A model generated the notes under the pieces. That model was not told the origin of the DNA. It did not search any database and worked only from the letters and a program-made list of their open reading frames with translations. This document shows, one piece after another, positions 22,838 to 31,146 of a stretch of DNA of 32,000 bases. The DNA is taken from contig NZ_JACXAF010000009.1 in assembly GCF_014773395.1 (NCBI RefSeq), positions 145,247 to 177,246 of the forward strand. The letters run 5' to 3'. Each line of letters starts with the position of its first letter. Position 1 is the stretch's first letter. This DNA comes from Neiella litorisoli (GTDB lineage: Bacteria; Pseudomonadota; Gammaproteobacteria; Enterobacterales; Neiellaceae). The position numbers were made by a program, and so were the translations under genes.

Positions 22838-24847
22838 TTACTCTGACGCTCGCATTGCGCGAACAGGGTGCGCAATCCCTTTATGGCATAACTTGGTCTC
22901 TCCGGTCGCACTATCCACACACCAGACGGACCCTTCATTATCTGCCACCGGGGAGCTGGTTAGATAAGCCCCTGTTTGAGCCGGTTTCGCGAATGTTTCA
23001 GCTTCCGACCAGACTTGCTCAAACTGACCATAGGTACCAGTTACCCAAATCGTCTCGGTCAGCGAAGAGGCGCCAAACATTCTTGCGTCGTTCGGCATAA
23101 ATTCCGGATCGAGTAAGTCAGAATTGTTGATTTCTAGGTTCATTATCGACTTCAACTCACTCGCGTTCGGGAGGCGCCAATCATTGAAGCCACAAATCGC
23201 CAGAGCATTCATCGCTTCGATGTACTCTGCAGTCGTGCAGAACCGTACATCGACATATGAAGCCATGTCGCGCGTCGGGAAGGCACAATTTTCACTGATC
23301 GGCGTACTGAAATTGGTAAAGCTATCACCCGTAGCGCCTTTGCTGCCACCGTTATTGGTGTCGTCGTCACTGTACCAATAGTAACCATAGTTAGCCGCTC
23401 GCCAGTTAAGATGTCCGCTCGCCTGTGCACTAAACGCCGGATAGTCCGGTGTAGAGCGATAATCAACCATGGTGCAATCAGCATCGTCTGATCCATCTCG
23501 ACAGTAGGCTTTTTCGAACTCCGGCCTAAAGTACAACCGCCATTCATCATCGGTCATTCGTGAAGGAAGCATTTGCGGTGACTGTTTCACCTCCGCCACA
23601 ACGCCTGACACGTTATCTTGAATGCATACCCATGAGCTGGCCGAGTTGGGCAACACGTTGCCGTGAATATCTAACTTGGTGAATGAAAACCCTGCCGTGC
23701 CATCTGAGCTACTGGGCTCCGTCGCATCGCGACCATGCAAAGCATCCTCTAGCGGCTCACCAACAAGGGTTTGCACCCCTGTATCGTTGACTTTGGCTCG
23801 GCCAGTGATCACCAGAGAGTGACTTGAATCTTCACCAATAACGCTCAATTGGGGTGCGGTTAACTCAAATACAACCGTCTTGCCCCCTCTGGGCACGCCA
23901 TCATCAATGATGGTCACTGGCACCGACAGAGATTGAGTCAAAGGTGGAATCGTCACAATGTCGCTGGGCAGTTCAAAATCAGCGCCTCTGCGACCCGTCC
24001 CACTTGTGTTGAGTCGGACTTCTGTAGTCAATGCGCTAAGGTGGCTCATTTTTACTTCCAAGAGCGCCTCCCCGCCCGACACGCTGACAAGCGATTCTTC
24101 CGCCACAAACTCTAAAGCAGGCACCGGATCGTCGTCTCGAATGGTGATAAACACTTCACTGTTGGTGCTTGTAATCACCATCCCTTCACTGGGTGAGTGC
24201 AATTGCAATTTCAATCGGCGATCTTGTTGCAATATATCGTTGCCAATCGTATTCACTGAAAACGTCGCTTGCCGTGAGCCTGTTTCGAAGATCACCTCTT
24301 TGTCAAAACCGACATAGTCAACGCTCTCAATGGCCGAGTCGTCAACTGTTCGCACATTGACTCGATACTCCGTTGTAGCCACCGAATCCAATCGCAAACC
24401 GACAATTAATTCTGAAAACTCATTTAGCTTTCCTTCGGTGACATTGTCGCCACTCATCGAAACCCGAACTTCGGGGATCGGTGTGGCTTCGACGGTCAAC
24501 TCTTGCTCTAGCGTATTTTTTGCCCCGTCATCATCTTCAACGGTCAGCTTTACCATATAGACACCTGGCTCAGCGTAAGTGTGCTGAACGCTGGAGCGCG
24601 TTGCTGACTCACCATCACCAAACTCCCACTCATAGCTGGCAATCCGGCCGTCACTATCGCTCGAATCACGACCATCAAAACTGACATCTTGATAATTGGC
24701 ATCGATACTAATCGTCGCGACAGGAGCCACATTCGAACCTGTTGGATTGGTCGAATTGCCGCCACCATTACCTCCGCCTCCACCACCGCATCCAGTTACC
24801 ACCCCAAGAATGCTGATGGCCATGACGCTCATAAGAAACTTGTTCAT
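22838..24847 (-). CDS. Surface lipoprotein with PKD, two Calx-beta and a C-terminal DUF1566 domain (669 aa)
   Basis: The lipobox is ISILGVVTGC, followed by a Gly-rich linker. PKD domain: VSFDGRDSSDSDGRIASYEWEFGDGES...HTYAEPGVYMVKLTVEDDDG. Calx-beta domains: VRTVDDSAIESVDYVGFDKEVIFETGSRQATFSVNTIGND and RRGADFELPSDIVTIPPLTQSLSVPVTIIDDG. DUF1566 domain: AICGFNDWRLPNASELKSIMN. Confidence 0.85.
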   Translation of the reverse strand: MNKFLMSVMAISILGVVTGCGGGGGGNGGGNSTNPTGSNVAPVATISIDANYQDVSFDGRDSSDSDGRIASYEWEFGDGESATRSSVQHTYAEPGVYMVKLTVEDDDGAKNTLEQELTVEATPIPEVRVSMSGDNVTEGKLNEFSELIVGLRLDSVATTEYRVNVRTVDDSAIESVDYVGFDKEVIFETGSRQATFSVNTIGNDILQQDRRLKLQLHSPSEGMVITSTNSEVFITIRDDDPVPALEFVAEESLVSVSGGEALLEVKMSHLSALTTEVRLNTSGTGRRGADFELPSDIVTIPPLTQSLSVPVTIIDDGVPRGGKTVVFELTAPQLSVIGEDSSHSLVITGRAKVNDTGVQTLVGEPLEDALHGRDATEPSSSDGTAGFSFTKLDIHGNVLPNSASSWVCIQDNVSGVVAEVKQSPQMLPSRMTDDEWRLYFRPEFEKAYCRDGSDDADCTMVDYRSTPDYPAFSAQASGHLNWRAANYGYYWYSDDDTNNGGSKGATGDSFTNFSTPISENCAFPTRDMASYVDVRFCTTAEYIEAMNALAICGFNDWRLPNASELKSIMNLEINNSDLLDPEFMPNDARMFGASSLTETIWVTGTYGQFEQVWSEAETFAKPAQTGAYLTSSPVADNEGSVWCVDSATGETKLCHKGIAHPVRAMRASE

Positions 24848-25098
24848 TGGTCAATCCTTTTGCATTAATTTCTCGAGTCATACTAGAGAGGCAACCAGCG
24901 GATTGAGGTCAGTTATCGCTTCGATTAGGTACAAAGGTGACGCTTTTTTACGCTTGCCGGAACTGAGGCGTGGCGTGGATGGGCGATTGTTCTCTATGGG
25001 ATGCATTTCCGGCAAAAACAGCGTATTAGTTGACCTAACTTTTGAGGACTGCAGGAGTATTCTAGAGCCACGGTGATCGACGGAGTGGACACTACAAC

Positions 25099-25317
25099 AT
25101 GCATCCAACACTATTCTCTTTACTCGCTTTTAGTTTGTACTCAGCAAATATGGGCGAAGCACTTAGCGTACTGAGTCGTTACTGGTCGCTATCGTTCAGC
25201 CCAACCGTTTTCGATACGGTGATGCTCACAATTGGCGTCTTAGGCTTATTATCATGGCTGGCTAGCTTTGCATGGTCTTTGATTGAGGAACGACGAAACC
25301 CTCAGCCGCACTGCTAG
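25099..25317 (+). CDS. Small membrane protein (72 aa)
   Basis: Two hydrophobic segments (LFSLLAFSLY, VMLTIGVLGLLSWLASFAWSL). A strong terminator follows, but the SD is weak. Confidence 0.5.
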   Translation: MHPTLFSLLAFSLYSANMGEALSVLSRYWSLSFSPTVFDTVMLTIGVLGLLSWLASFAWSLIEERRNPQPHC

Positions 25318-25343
25318 CTCTCTTGGTACTAAGCATGAGATAT

Positions 25344-25372
25344 AAAAAAGGCGCTGTCAGAGCGCCTTTTTT
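25344..25372. terminator. Bidirectional rho-independent terminator
   Basis: AAAAAAGGCGCT-GTCAG-AGCGCCTTTTTT forms a perfect 12-bp stem (GC core of 6 bp) with an A-run and a T-run, between convergent genes. Confidence 0.85.
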
Positions 25373-25388
25373 AATGTGAGTTGTTCAT

Positions 25389-26099
25389 TCATTGCGTTGC
25401 AATCGCTAGGTCCGAATCAGGCATCGACTGGCCTTCTGCTTCCACTAAGGTTCCTTCTGCCACAGCGACTCGCTCAGCTTCTCGTTGACGCTTCTGCTCA
25501 AGACGGATTTGTAAGTCATCAAACGCTGCTTTAATGGTAGTGTCATGGGCAGCCGATTTGCGTTGTTTCAATACCTGGTTGAATTCATCATATGGCAACT
25601 TCAGCATAACAAATGCGTGATAGGCACCGTCTACGACACGGACTTCTTGCGAGACCACGTCGTAACCAACAACCGAGACATCTGCCACCAACTTATCGAT
25701 TAATACCGTCGTTTGCTCATGTACATCACCATGCACACCTTCTTGGACAAACATTCGTTCAGAGCCAGACAGCTCTTGTTCGTACTGTTTTGCCAGCTCA
25801 AATTCGGCAAACACCTTCGCTTTACGAAGCGCCATCCCATACTGGGAGCTAGTGCTCATCGCCACACCATAAAACCCAGTTGCGTCAGCCTTCGGTGGAT
25901 CCAACATCCAGTCCGGTGCTTGCTCAAGCTCTTGCTCCAATCGCTCTTGCTCTAATTCTCGACGCTCTTCTGCTAACTCAGCCCGCAGCATCTCCAAGTC
26001 CGCTTGCTGTTTCACTAGATCTTCTGCTGTGGGTGTTGAACTGCATCCTGAAAGCAGCGCGAAGCCAACTCCCACGATAGCTAAAACTTTGTAATGCAT
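25389..26099 (-). CDS. Lipoprotein, possibly LPP20-like (236 aa from ATG 26099)
   Basis: The ATG at 26097-26099 has an AAGGTG SD; the track start at 26108 is a GTG. The lipobox is FALLSGC. A charged coiled-coil (EERRELEQERLEQELEQ) is followed by PDWMLDPP...GFYGVAMSTS...ALRKAKVFAEFELAKQ, which is reminiscent of LPP20-family lipoproteins. The family call is weak. Confidence 0.7.
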   Translation of the reverse strand: MHYKVLAIVGVGFALLSGCSSTPTAEDLVKQQADLEMLRAELAEERRELEQERLEQELEQAPDWMLDPPKADATGFYGVAMSTSSQYGMALRKAKVFAEFELAKQYEQELSGSERMFVQEGVHGDVHEQTTVLIDKLVADVSVVGYDVVSQEVRVVDGAYHAFVMLKLPYDEFNQVLKQRKSAAHDTTIKAAFDDLQIRLEQKRQREAERVAVAEGTLVEAEGQSMPDSDLAIATQ

Positions 26100-26163
26100 A
26101 ATGGTCACCTTTCGTTATTTATGGTCTTGCACCACTCTATGCTCACACAGCTTTAAAGTGGCG

Positions 26164-26305
26164 CAACCGCCAATTTTTCGAAAAGTTTTGTCCGTTAGCA
26201 CAACCAATTTTCGAAAAGCGTTTTTGACAACCTGATTCGAAAACGAACTGTTGCTAGCCGGTTATGCGGTTTTCGAATACCGTAACCGCAATTTTCGAAA
26301 AACGT
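26164..26305. repeat. Array of five TTCGAA-centred palindromic motifs (core TTTTCGAAAA), four of them embedded in a direct repeat CAACC(GC)(C)AATTTTCGAAAAG
   Basis: TTCGAA cores lie at 26177, 26210, 26236, 26272 and 26294, giving spacings of 33, 26, 36 and 22 bp. The array lies upstream of the lipoprotein gene (start 26099) and runs into the last roughly 15 codons of the 26262..27089 ORF. Confidence 0.75.
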
Positions 26306-27089
26306 GTGGGCCAACACTAGCGAAGAGCTTGTCACCCAAAACAACAACAAATGCTGCTCCGCCCACAATACTTAATACCCCTATAACCGAGGCTAGCAGC
26401 CAACTCAGGCCCAACAACAGGAATCCGTTCACCCGAGCGGCCCAATCACCACCCATTAACGCAAGTGCTCCAATGGCTAATGCCACCATCAGTAATCCCG
26501 AAGGGCAATGCTTCAGATCAGCACGACTCGGCACCATAAACATACCGATGGCGCAGACACCCACTATCGTCGATACAGTGCTCATGCTGTCGATATGAAA
26601 ATTGGTCGCTACTGATTGATAAAGCTTCCCAATATCGGCCAAATATTGCTCTAAAGAACGCGACTCTAACATGCCCGTCACAGCAGCATTCACCAAGTCC
26701 ACTCTTGGCAGGCACATCGATGCGGCGCAATAGATCAGCGCTATACCCGCAATCAGAGGAGCAATACCAATAAAGAAATTCCCGATCATTGGCCACGGTC
26801 GTCTATTCCAACTGTGTTCAACAAAACCACTAGCGTACTGAGAAGGACTGGGCGAAAACCAAACAATCCGATGGATCTTATGACCAAACACAACGCAGGC
26901 AATCGCATGTGCCAGTTCATGGAGGGGCACTCCAATGGAGGCGATGAAGAGATACGCAGGTCGCCCCATGTACTTCACCAGTACACGGATCAACGAAAGA
27001 GTGGCCACTTGGAGCATTTGCAGTAACACCACAATTGCGCCAATGTAGCCCAACACAGTTAGGCCCCAGCTGACTAAGCCTTCGTCCAT
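26262..27089 (-). CDS. Polytopic membrane protein with an HExxH motif, M50B-like metallopeptidase
   Basis: The ORF is 275 aa with multiple hydrophobic helices. GVPLHELAHAIACVVFGHKIHRIVWF fits the Peptidase_M50B-like pattern (HElGHa..a...G..v..i). Confidence 0.6.
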   Translation of the reverse strand: MDEGLVSWGLTVLGYIGAIVVLLQMLQVATLSLIRVLVKYMGRPAYLFIASIGVPLHELAHAIACVVFGHKIHRIVWFSPSPSQYASGFVEHSWNRRPWPMIGNFFIGIAPLIAGIALIYCAASMCLPRVDLVNAAVTGMLESRSLEQYLADIGKLYQSVATNFHIDSMSTVSTIVGVCAIGMFMVPSRADLKHCPSGLLMVALAIGALALMGGDWAARVNGFLLLGLSWLLASVIGVLSIVGGAAFVVVLGDKLFASVGPHVFRKLRLRYSKTA

Positions 27090-27094
27090 TTGCT

Positions 27095-27382
27095 TTACCG
27101 AAGTTTTAACGGCGCGAACAAATCCAATTCGATGTCTCTCATGACACCAAGATACGACCGGTAATGGTACCCACGAGCAAATTCGCTGTACTCACCGGTC
27201 ATTTCGAAAAAACGCGCGAGTTCGGTCACAGCGTATCGACCAATCGTTCGATTAGGCAACACCACCATAACTCCGAAAATCTCGGCGCCCTCTGCTTGGA
27301 TTACCGCCCCTAAAGCACCTCGACGGCAGTATCCATTATCTTCTATGCAGCGCAATATCGCGCCCTTATCTACGCTCATCAC
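27095..27382 (-). CDS. Hypothetical protein (95 aa), co-operonic with the HExxH membrane protein
   Basis: The stop lies 5 nt before the downstream ATG. No motif recognised. Confidence 0.55.
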   Translation of the reverse strand: MMSVDKGAILRCIEDNGYCRRGALGAVIQAEGAEIFGVMVVLPNRTIGRYAVTELARFFEMTGEYSEFARGYHYRSYLGVMRDIELDLFAPLKLR

Positions 27383-27508
27383 TAAAAGCCTAACAATTCG
27401 AGCGTTACAAAAAAGGCCATTTATCTTCCCAATTCATCATTTTTTTCGGCCTGACATTTCTAATCAATAATGAATAATTATTCTTACATTCTATGCAGAG
27501 ATCCGATT

Positions 27509-28000
27509 ATGCGTGTTCTTATACCAGTTTTAGGCGCGTTGTGCTTACAAGCCTGTGAGCCAGCTCAACCATCCCGTGCAGATCATACCACTCCGTACCA
27601 TGGTCACTGGGTCTCGTACTCCGGGATTTGCACAAACGAAGAGCCTGGCGACATCGCCACTATTTTGTGGAATGAGTCTGGTTGGTCTCAGCAAGGGTTC
27701 TCCGTTTCGAACCTGATCAAGCTATCGACGTTACCAGAAAACTCCACACTACGAGACACCTACAACACGAAACAAGCTGACTGCCAAGCAATGCCTGACT
27801 TGTCTGTGCTGGACAAGGCTGAGCTGGTGCAATTTACAATATTAGATGTTGAATATCAGGGGGTTGTTGTAAGTCAAACGAACCAGAATAAGCAACCGAC
27901 GCAGTGGCTACTTATCCCAGACGTTCAGAATCGACACTTTATTGCTTACCAACGAATGAATGGTGCCTGGGTTACTTCGAAAAAATCAACACGCTCATGA
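27509..28000 (+). CDS. Lipoprotein (163 aa)
   Basis: The internal ATG at 27509 gives MRVLIPVLGALCLQAC, a signal peptide with an L-Q-A-C lipobox. The stop overlaps the next start as ATGA. Confidence 0.7.
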   Translation: MRVLIPVLGALCLQACEPAQPSRADHTTPYHGHWVSYSGICTNEEPGDIATILWNESGWSQQGFSVSNLIKLSTLPENSTLRDTYNTKQADCQAMPDLSVLDKAELVQFTILDVEYQGVVVSQTNQNKQPTQWLLIPDVQNRHFIAYQRMNGAWVTSKKSTRS

Positions 28001-28197
28001 GTCGACAATTTGGTGTCAGCAGGCTCGCCGAGTACGCCGCAAATCCCTCTCGGTATTGCAACGCGAAAGGTAAGGCTCATAACCCAACTGCCGCTCGCGA
28101 AGGCACTCGTGCACACAATCGAGCAGGATCCTTACTATCTTCCGAACGTGTATTCCTTTTCATCATTGCCCTGGTGCTCCTATGGCTAATGACCTAA
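27997..28197 (+). CDS. Small tail-anchored membrane protein (66 aa)
   Basis: The ATG at 27997 overlaps the upstream TGA. A basic soluble part (NAKGKAHNPTAAREGTRAHNRAG) is followed by a C-terminal hydrophobic helix (VFLFIIALVLLWLM). The gene overlaps the next gene by 16 nt. Confidence 0.5.
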   Translation: MSRQFGVSRLAEYAANPSRYCNAKGKAHNPTAAREGTRAHNRAGSLLSSERVFLFIIALVLLWLMT

Positions 28198-28703
28198 TCA
28201 TCGGTACTTTTCTCGCCTGCGCTATATTCGCGGTGCTTCACGCTCACATCCGAACTTACCGGATACGCCAGCTTTTTCGTGTGCCTTGGTATTGCCTGCT
28301 TGTGGGCTCTGATGTAGGGGGATCCCGTTCGAAAATCACGTTAAGGAGTTGTGGCTTAATTGGATCGCCAGATGCGCTGTTTTTCGATCCATTCCACTGG
28401 TCTTGGATCGTTTGCGAATACAAAAGTCGCAAATTCTCAGGCTACTACAGCCTCAAAGAGCGCTATCAGATCCAATTATACTTGCACATGTCCCGCCGAT
28501 TTTGGTGTTCCAATGTAACGGGGCGCTTAGGTTATCGGGGCGGGGTTTTATTGGTGCCCTATGAACAAGAGATCGTGACTCATCTACTACGCCTGCGGAA
28601 CGAAGCGATTCATGCATCAAGTCAACACGTGCCCGCTGATGCACGACCGCTTCATCAGCGCACTACGATACCGCGCACTGTCTACCCGACACTTGATAGC
28701 TAA
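28182..28703 (+). CDS. Membrane-anchored PD-(D/E)xK nuclease, RecB/Cas4-like or NERD-like (173 aa)
   Basis: An N-terminal hydrophobic helix (LIIGTFLACAIFAVL) is followed by GLIGSPDALFF...WIVCEYKSRK (the D...E-x-K core) and ERYQIQLYLHM (a Q-x-x-x-Y motif as in Cas4/RecB-family nucleases). No Cys cluster is present. Confidence 0.55.
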   Translation: MANDLIIGTFLACAIFAVLHAHIRTYRIRQLFRVPWYCLLVGSDVGGSRSKITLRSCGLIGSPDALFFDPFHWSWIVCEYKSRKFSGYYSLKERYQIQLYLHMSRRFWCSNVTGRLGYRGGVLLVPYEQEIVTHLLRLRNEAIHASSQHVPADARPLHQRTTIPRTVYPTLDS

Positions 28704-29707
28704 TTCGAATCTTCTTTCATCAACAGGGGTTCAAATCGCCCCTGCAAGCTGTCTGGCAACGTCGATCTGAACTCCATTACAAAGTCATAAATCCGAGACT
28801 TAACCAATGGCGCAGGCTCTCCCAAGGGGAATGTTCGAATATTCGTCGCTTGCCGCTGGCGAATGGCGATATAAATACGGTCAATAGAGGGCAGCTGCAA
28901 CTTCATTGAACTATTCGAGTCACTGTCTACCCCGAACTGCTTCGATGACTGCAGCGACAATTGCAAGTCCAATATCGCTCGCCGAACCGTTGCACTCTCA
29001 CAGCGTTTCGCCAGCCATAGTCGGTCCACGATCATCGTGTTACCGGCCAGCATGTCGCCCGACAAATTCTTCAATGCATCACCAACAGCTTGCGTGCGCC
29101 AATGTCCGGCCAAGACGCTGGTAATTTGCTCAAGCGTTCCTGCTTGGCCTACCCCAGTCAATAAGAAGCCTTTCGCGCACCCAAGCAGCGTATAACCACC
29201 TTTTTCGCGGCGAGCCACAGTCGCTCTGAATTGCTTAAACTCAATTCCATCACCCAACACAGCAGCAATAGCTGTTGTAACGGGCTCTATGTAAGTCCAG
29301 CTGACCAGCTCACTATCAACGTCCCATTGATGCTCATTGATGAATAACGCCATTCCCATACTTTCGGTGATCACCGCGGAGTTAATCAGCCACTCATACA
29401 TCAGCTGAAATACTTCGGGCGCCTCATTCATGTATTTGAGCAGTTCGGGATCACGAACTATCTGATAGGGATGTTCACGATTTCGAATGAGTTCTTTGCT
29501 ATCTAACCGAAACAGGTTCTGCTCCACTAGATTTCGAAGCTCAGGATATTCATTAGCAAGCGATTCGTATTCGGGGTGTTTTGCCAATGCTTCTTTGAAG
29601 GTTTCCACATTTGCGGAATACAAGGCTGGCGAGAAGTCCATGCCTTCGGTTTTTACAACAGATGAGACCCGTGACGAGACACTAATGTCAGGATGCACAC
29701 TACTCAT
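28700..29707 (-). CDS. Hypothetical protein (335 aa)
   Basis: A long ORF with no signal peptide and no recognised motif, convergent with the nuclease operon (4-nt overlap of the ends). Confidence 0.65.
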   Translation of the reverse strand: MSSVHPDISVSSRVSSVVKTEGMDFSPALYSANVETFKEALAKHPEYESLANEYPELRNLVEQNLFRLDSKELIRNREHPYQIVRDPELLKYMNEAPEVFQLMYEWLINSAVITESMGMALFINEHQWDVDSELVSWTYIEPVTTAIAAVLGDGIEFKQFRATVARREKGGYTLLGCAKGFLLTGVGQAGTLEQITSVLAGHWRTQAVGDALKNLSGDMLAGNTMIVDRLWLAKRCESATVRRAILDLQLSLQSSKQFGVDSDSNSSMKLQLPSIDRIYIAIRQRQATNIRTFPLGEPAPLVKSRIYDFVMEFRSTLPDSLQGRFEPLLMKEDSN

Positions 29708-29822
29708 ATCCTATCCATGCCTCCGTTTTTTTCGAAATGTAAACGTTGTCTCAACAAATATGTTAACAGGTTTTATCAAATCAACAGGTGTTCGTCTATA
29801 GGCTATTAAGCTAGTCAAAACG

Positions 29823-30248
29823 CTATGATTTTAGGTTCGAAAAATGTGCAGCGAGCCGCTTACAACTACCTGTTGCAATACCCACCGCTGTTTTGTCTGA
29901 ATCCGAATACGAGATCATCACCGTGGCCCCTTCTTTGGTAACGCCTGTAATGAAAAGCTCGCCGCCTAACCGAGTGTTTTCCGATCGGTTATTCAGGACA
30001 CGATAGGCTCGGAGCCGCCCATCAATATCGGCTTGGACTACTTTATAAATCCACGATTTTTCCACTTTTGTGTTCGTGATTAAATGTAACGTAATATTTC
30101 GATCAGCCAGAGTCAGCGCATGCTTGCCCTCTCCAAACGATGTATTGGTATCAACCAAGTCGCATTCCCAGTTGATGACTCTTTCGACTGCGACGCTCAT
30201 CGTTGGCAACAGTGTCCCAACAACCAGCAGTGCCCGTAGCAATTTCAT
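29823..30248 (-). CDS. Secreted hypothetical protein (141 aa)
   Basis: The ATG at 30246-30248 has a GGAGG SD 7 nt upstream. Signal peptide MKLLRALLVVGTLLPTMSVA. Confidence 0.7.
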   Translation of the reverse strand: MKLLRALLVVGTLLPTMSVAVERVINWECDLVDTNTSFGEGKHALTLADRNITLHLITNTKVEKSWIYKVVQADIDGRLRAYRVLNNRSENTRLGGELFITGVTKEGATVMISYSDSDKTAVGIATGSCKRLAAHFSNLKS

Positions 30249-30386
30249 GGCTACCCTCCATAACACCACGTAATAGTATCGCTAGGGGAACTAAAAACAG
30301 GTCAGTTATGGGGTTTATTCATGCCATTTGCTGTCGTTTACGCAAAAAAAAAGCGACTAAGAAATTCTAGTCGCTTCAAGAGGTAT

Positions 30387-30797
30387 TCATGTGAGTTTAT
30401 CCAGGGTTCGAGCAATACGATTCCTATCAAATCGTCCGCTTAAGGCCAAATCGGTTTCCACCATCAATTCACGGCGGATTCGATTCTTGTAACTTTCCCC
30501 TGTTTGCTCCTTTAGGTGTCGAACATAGAACTGCTCTAACGCCATATAGTACTGAAGATCATTTAATGCATCTTTCAGCTTCCGTTCTAGTTCGGCACGT
30601 TTATCTTGACGTCTACCAATGAAGTAACGAGTCAAGTGCGGGATGGTGGCAGCGACAATCGCTGAAACCACAATAGCGCCAGCACCAAGCCACGAGGTAT
30701 TGATAGCGGCAGGTGAGGCATAAGCAGCACACGGCAAACCAATGGCTGCGATGGCAACTGCAAGTACCATGAGTCGTCGCTTATTCAACGAGCGCAT
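30387..30797 (-). CDS. Membrane-anchored coiled-coil protein (136 aa)
   Basis: The internal ATG at 30795-30797 has a GAGGAG SD and overlaps the upstream stop. Hydrophobic segments (LMVLAVAIAAIGLPCAAYA, GAGAIVVSAIVAATI) are followed by a charged helical tail. Confidence 0.6.
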   Translation of the reverse strand: MRSLNKRRLMVLAVAIAAIGLPCAAYASPAAINTSWLGAGAIVVSAIVAATIPHLTRYFIGRRQDKRAELERKLKDALNDLQYYMALEQFYVRHLKEQTGESYKNRIRRELMVETDLALSGRFDRNRIARTLDKLT

Positions 30798-31146
30798 AAC
30801 CACACTCCTCGCATGCTTCGACCACACAATGCTGGTGCTGATCTTGATTTGGGCATTGATTGGCCACTCGGTCCATTTGCCCTTCACTGAAAGCGTGCCA
30901 GAACTCAGCATTCGCCTTGTCGTAGAACAAGCCAATATGATCCAAAACGTCATTCACCAGAACGACTTGCGAATCACTTAGTTCTGGAATCGTTTGACCA
31001 GCAGCGAATCCTAGCGATTCGAAACGATGCACCAATTCAAACGGATCCTGCGGCGCCATCAGCTCTAATCGATCACAAGCCCTGAACACCGCAATGTCTC
31101 CTTCCAATGTCGCTAATTCGGCAATTAATTGAATCACGTTGCTCAT
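30781..31146 (-). CDS. Hypothetical acidic protein (121 aa)
   Basis: The ORF start overlaps the upstream stop as ATGA. The C-terminus carries CVVEACEECGY. No family recognised. Confidence 0.6.
   Translation of the reverse strand: MSNVIQLIAELATLEGDIAVFRACDRLELMAPQDPFELVHRFESLGFAAGQTIPELSDSQVVLVNDVLDHIGLFYDKANAEFWHAFSEGQMDRVANQCPNQDQHQHCVVEACEECGYALVE

Noticed and set aside
29274-29281. An exact match to the E. coli Ter core octamer GTTGTAAC.
   Set aside because: An 8-mer is expected about once by chance in this window on two strands. The flanking positions that matter in E. coli Ter (G/C at position 6, A8, A19) do not match, and the site lies inside a coding region.
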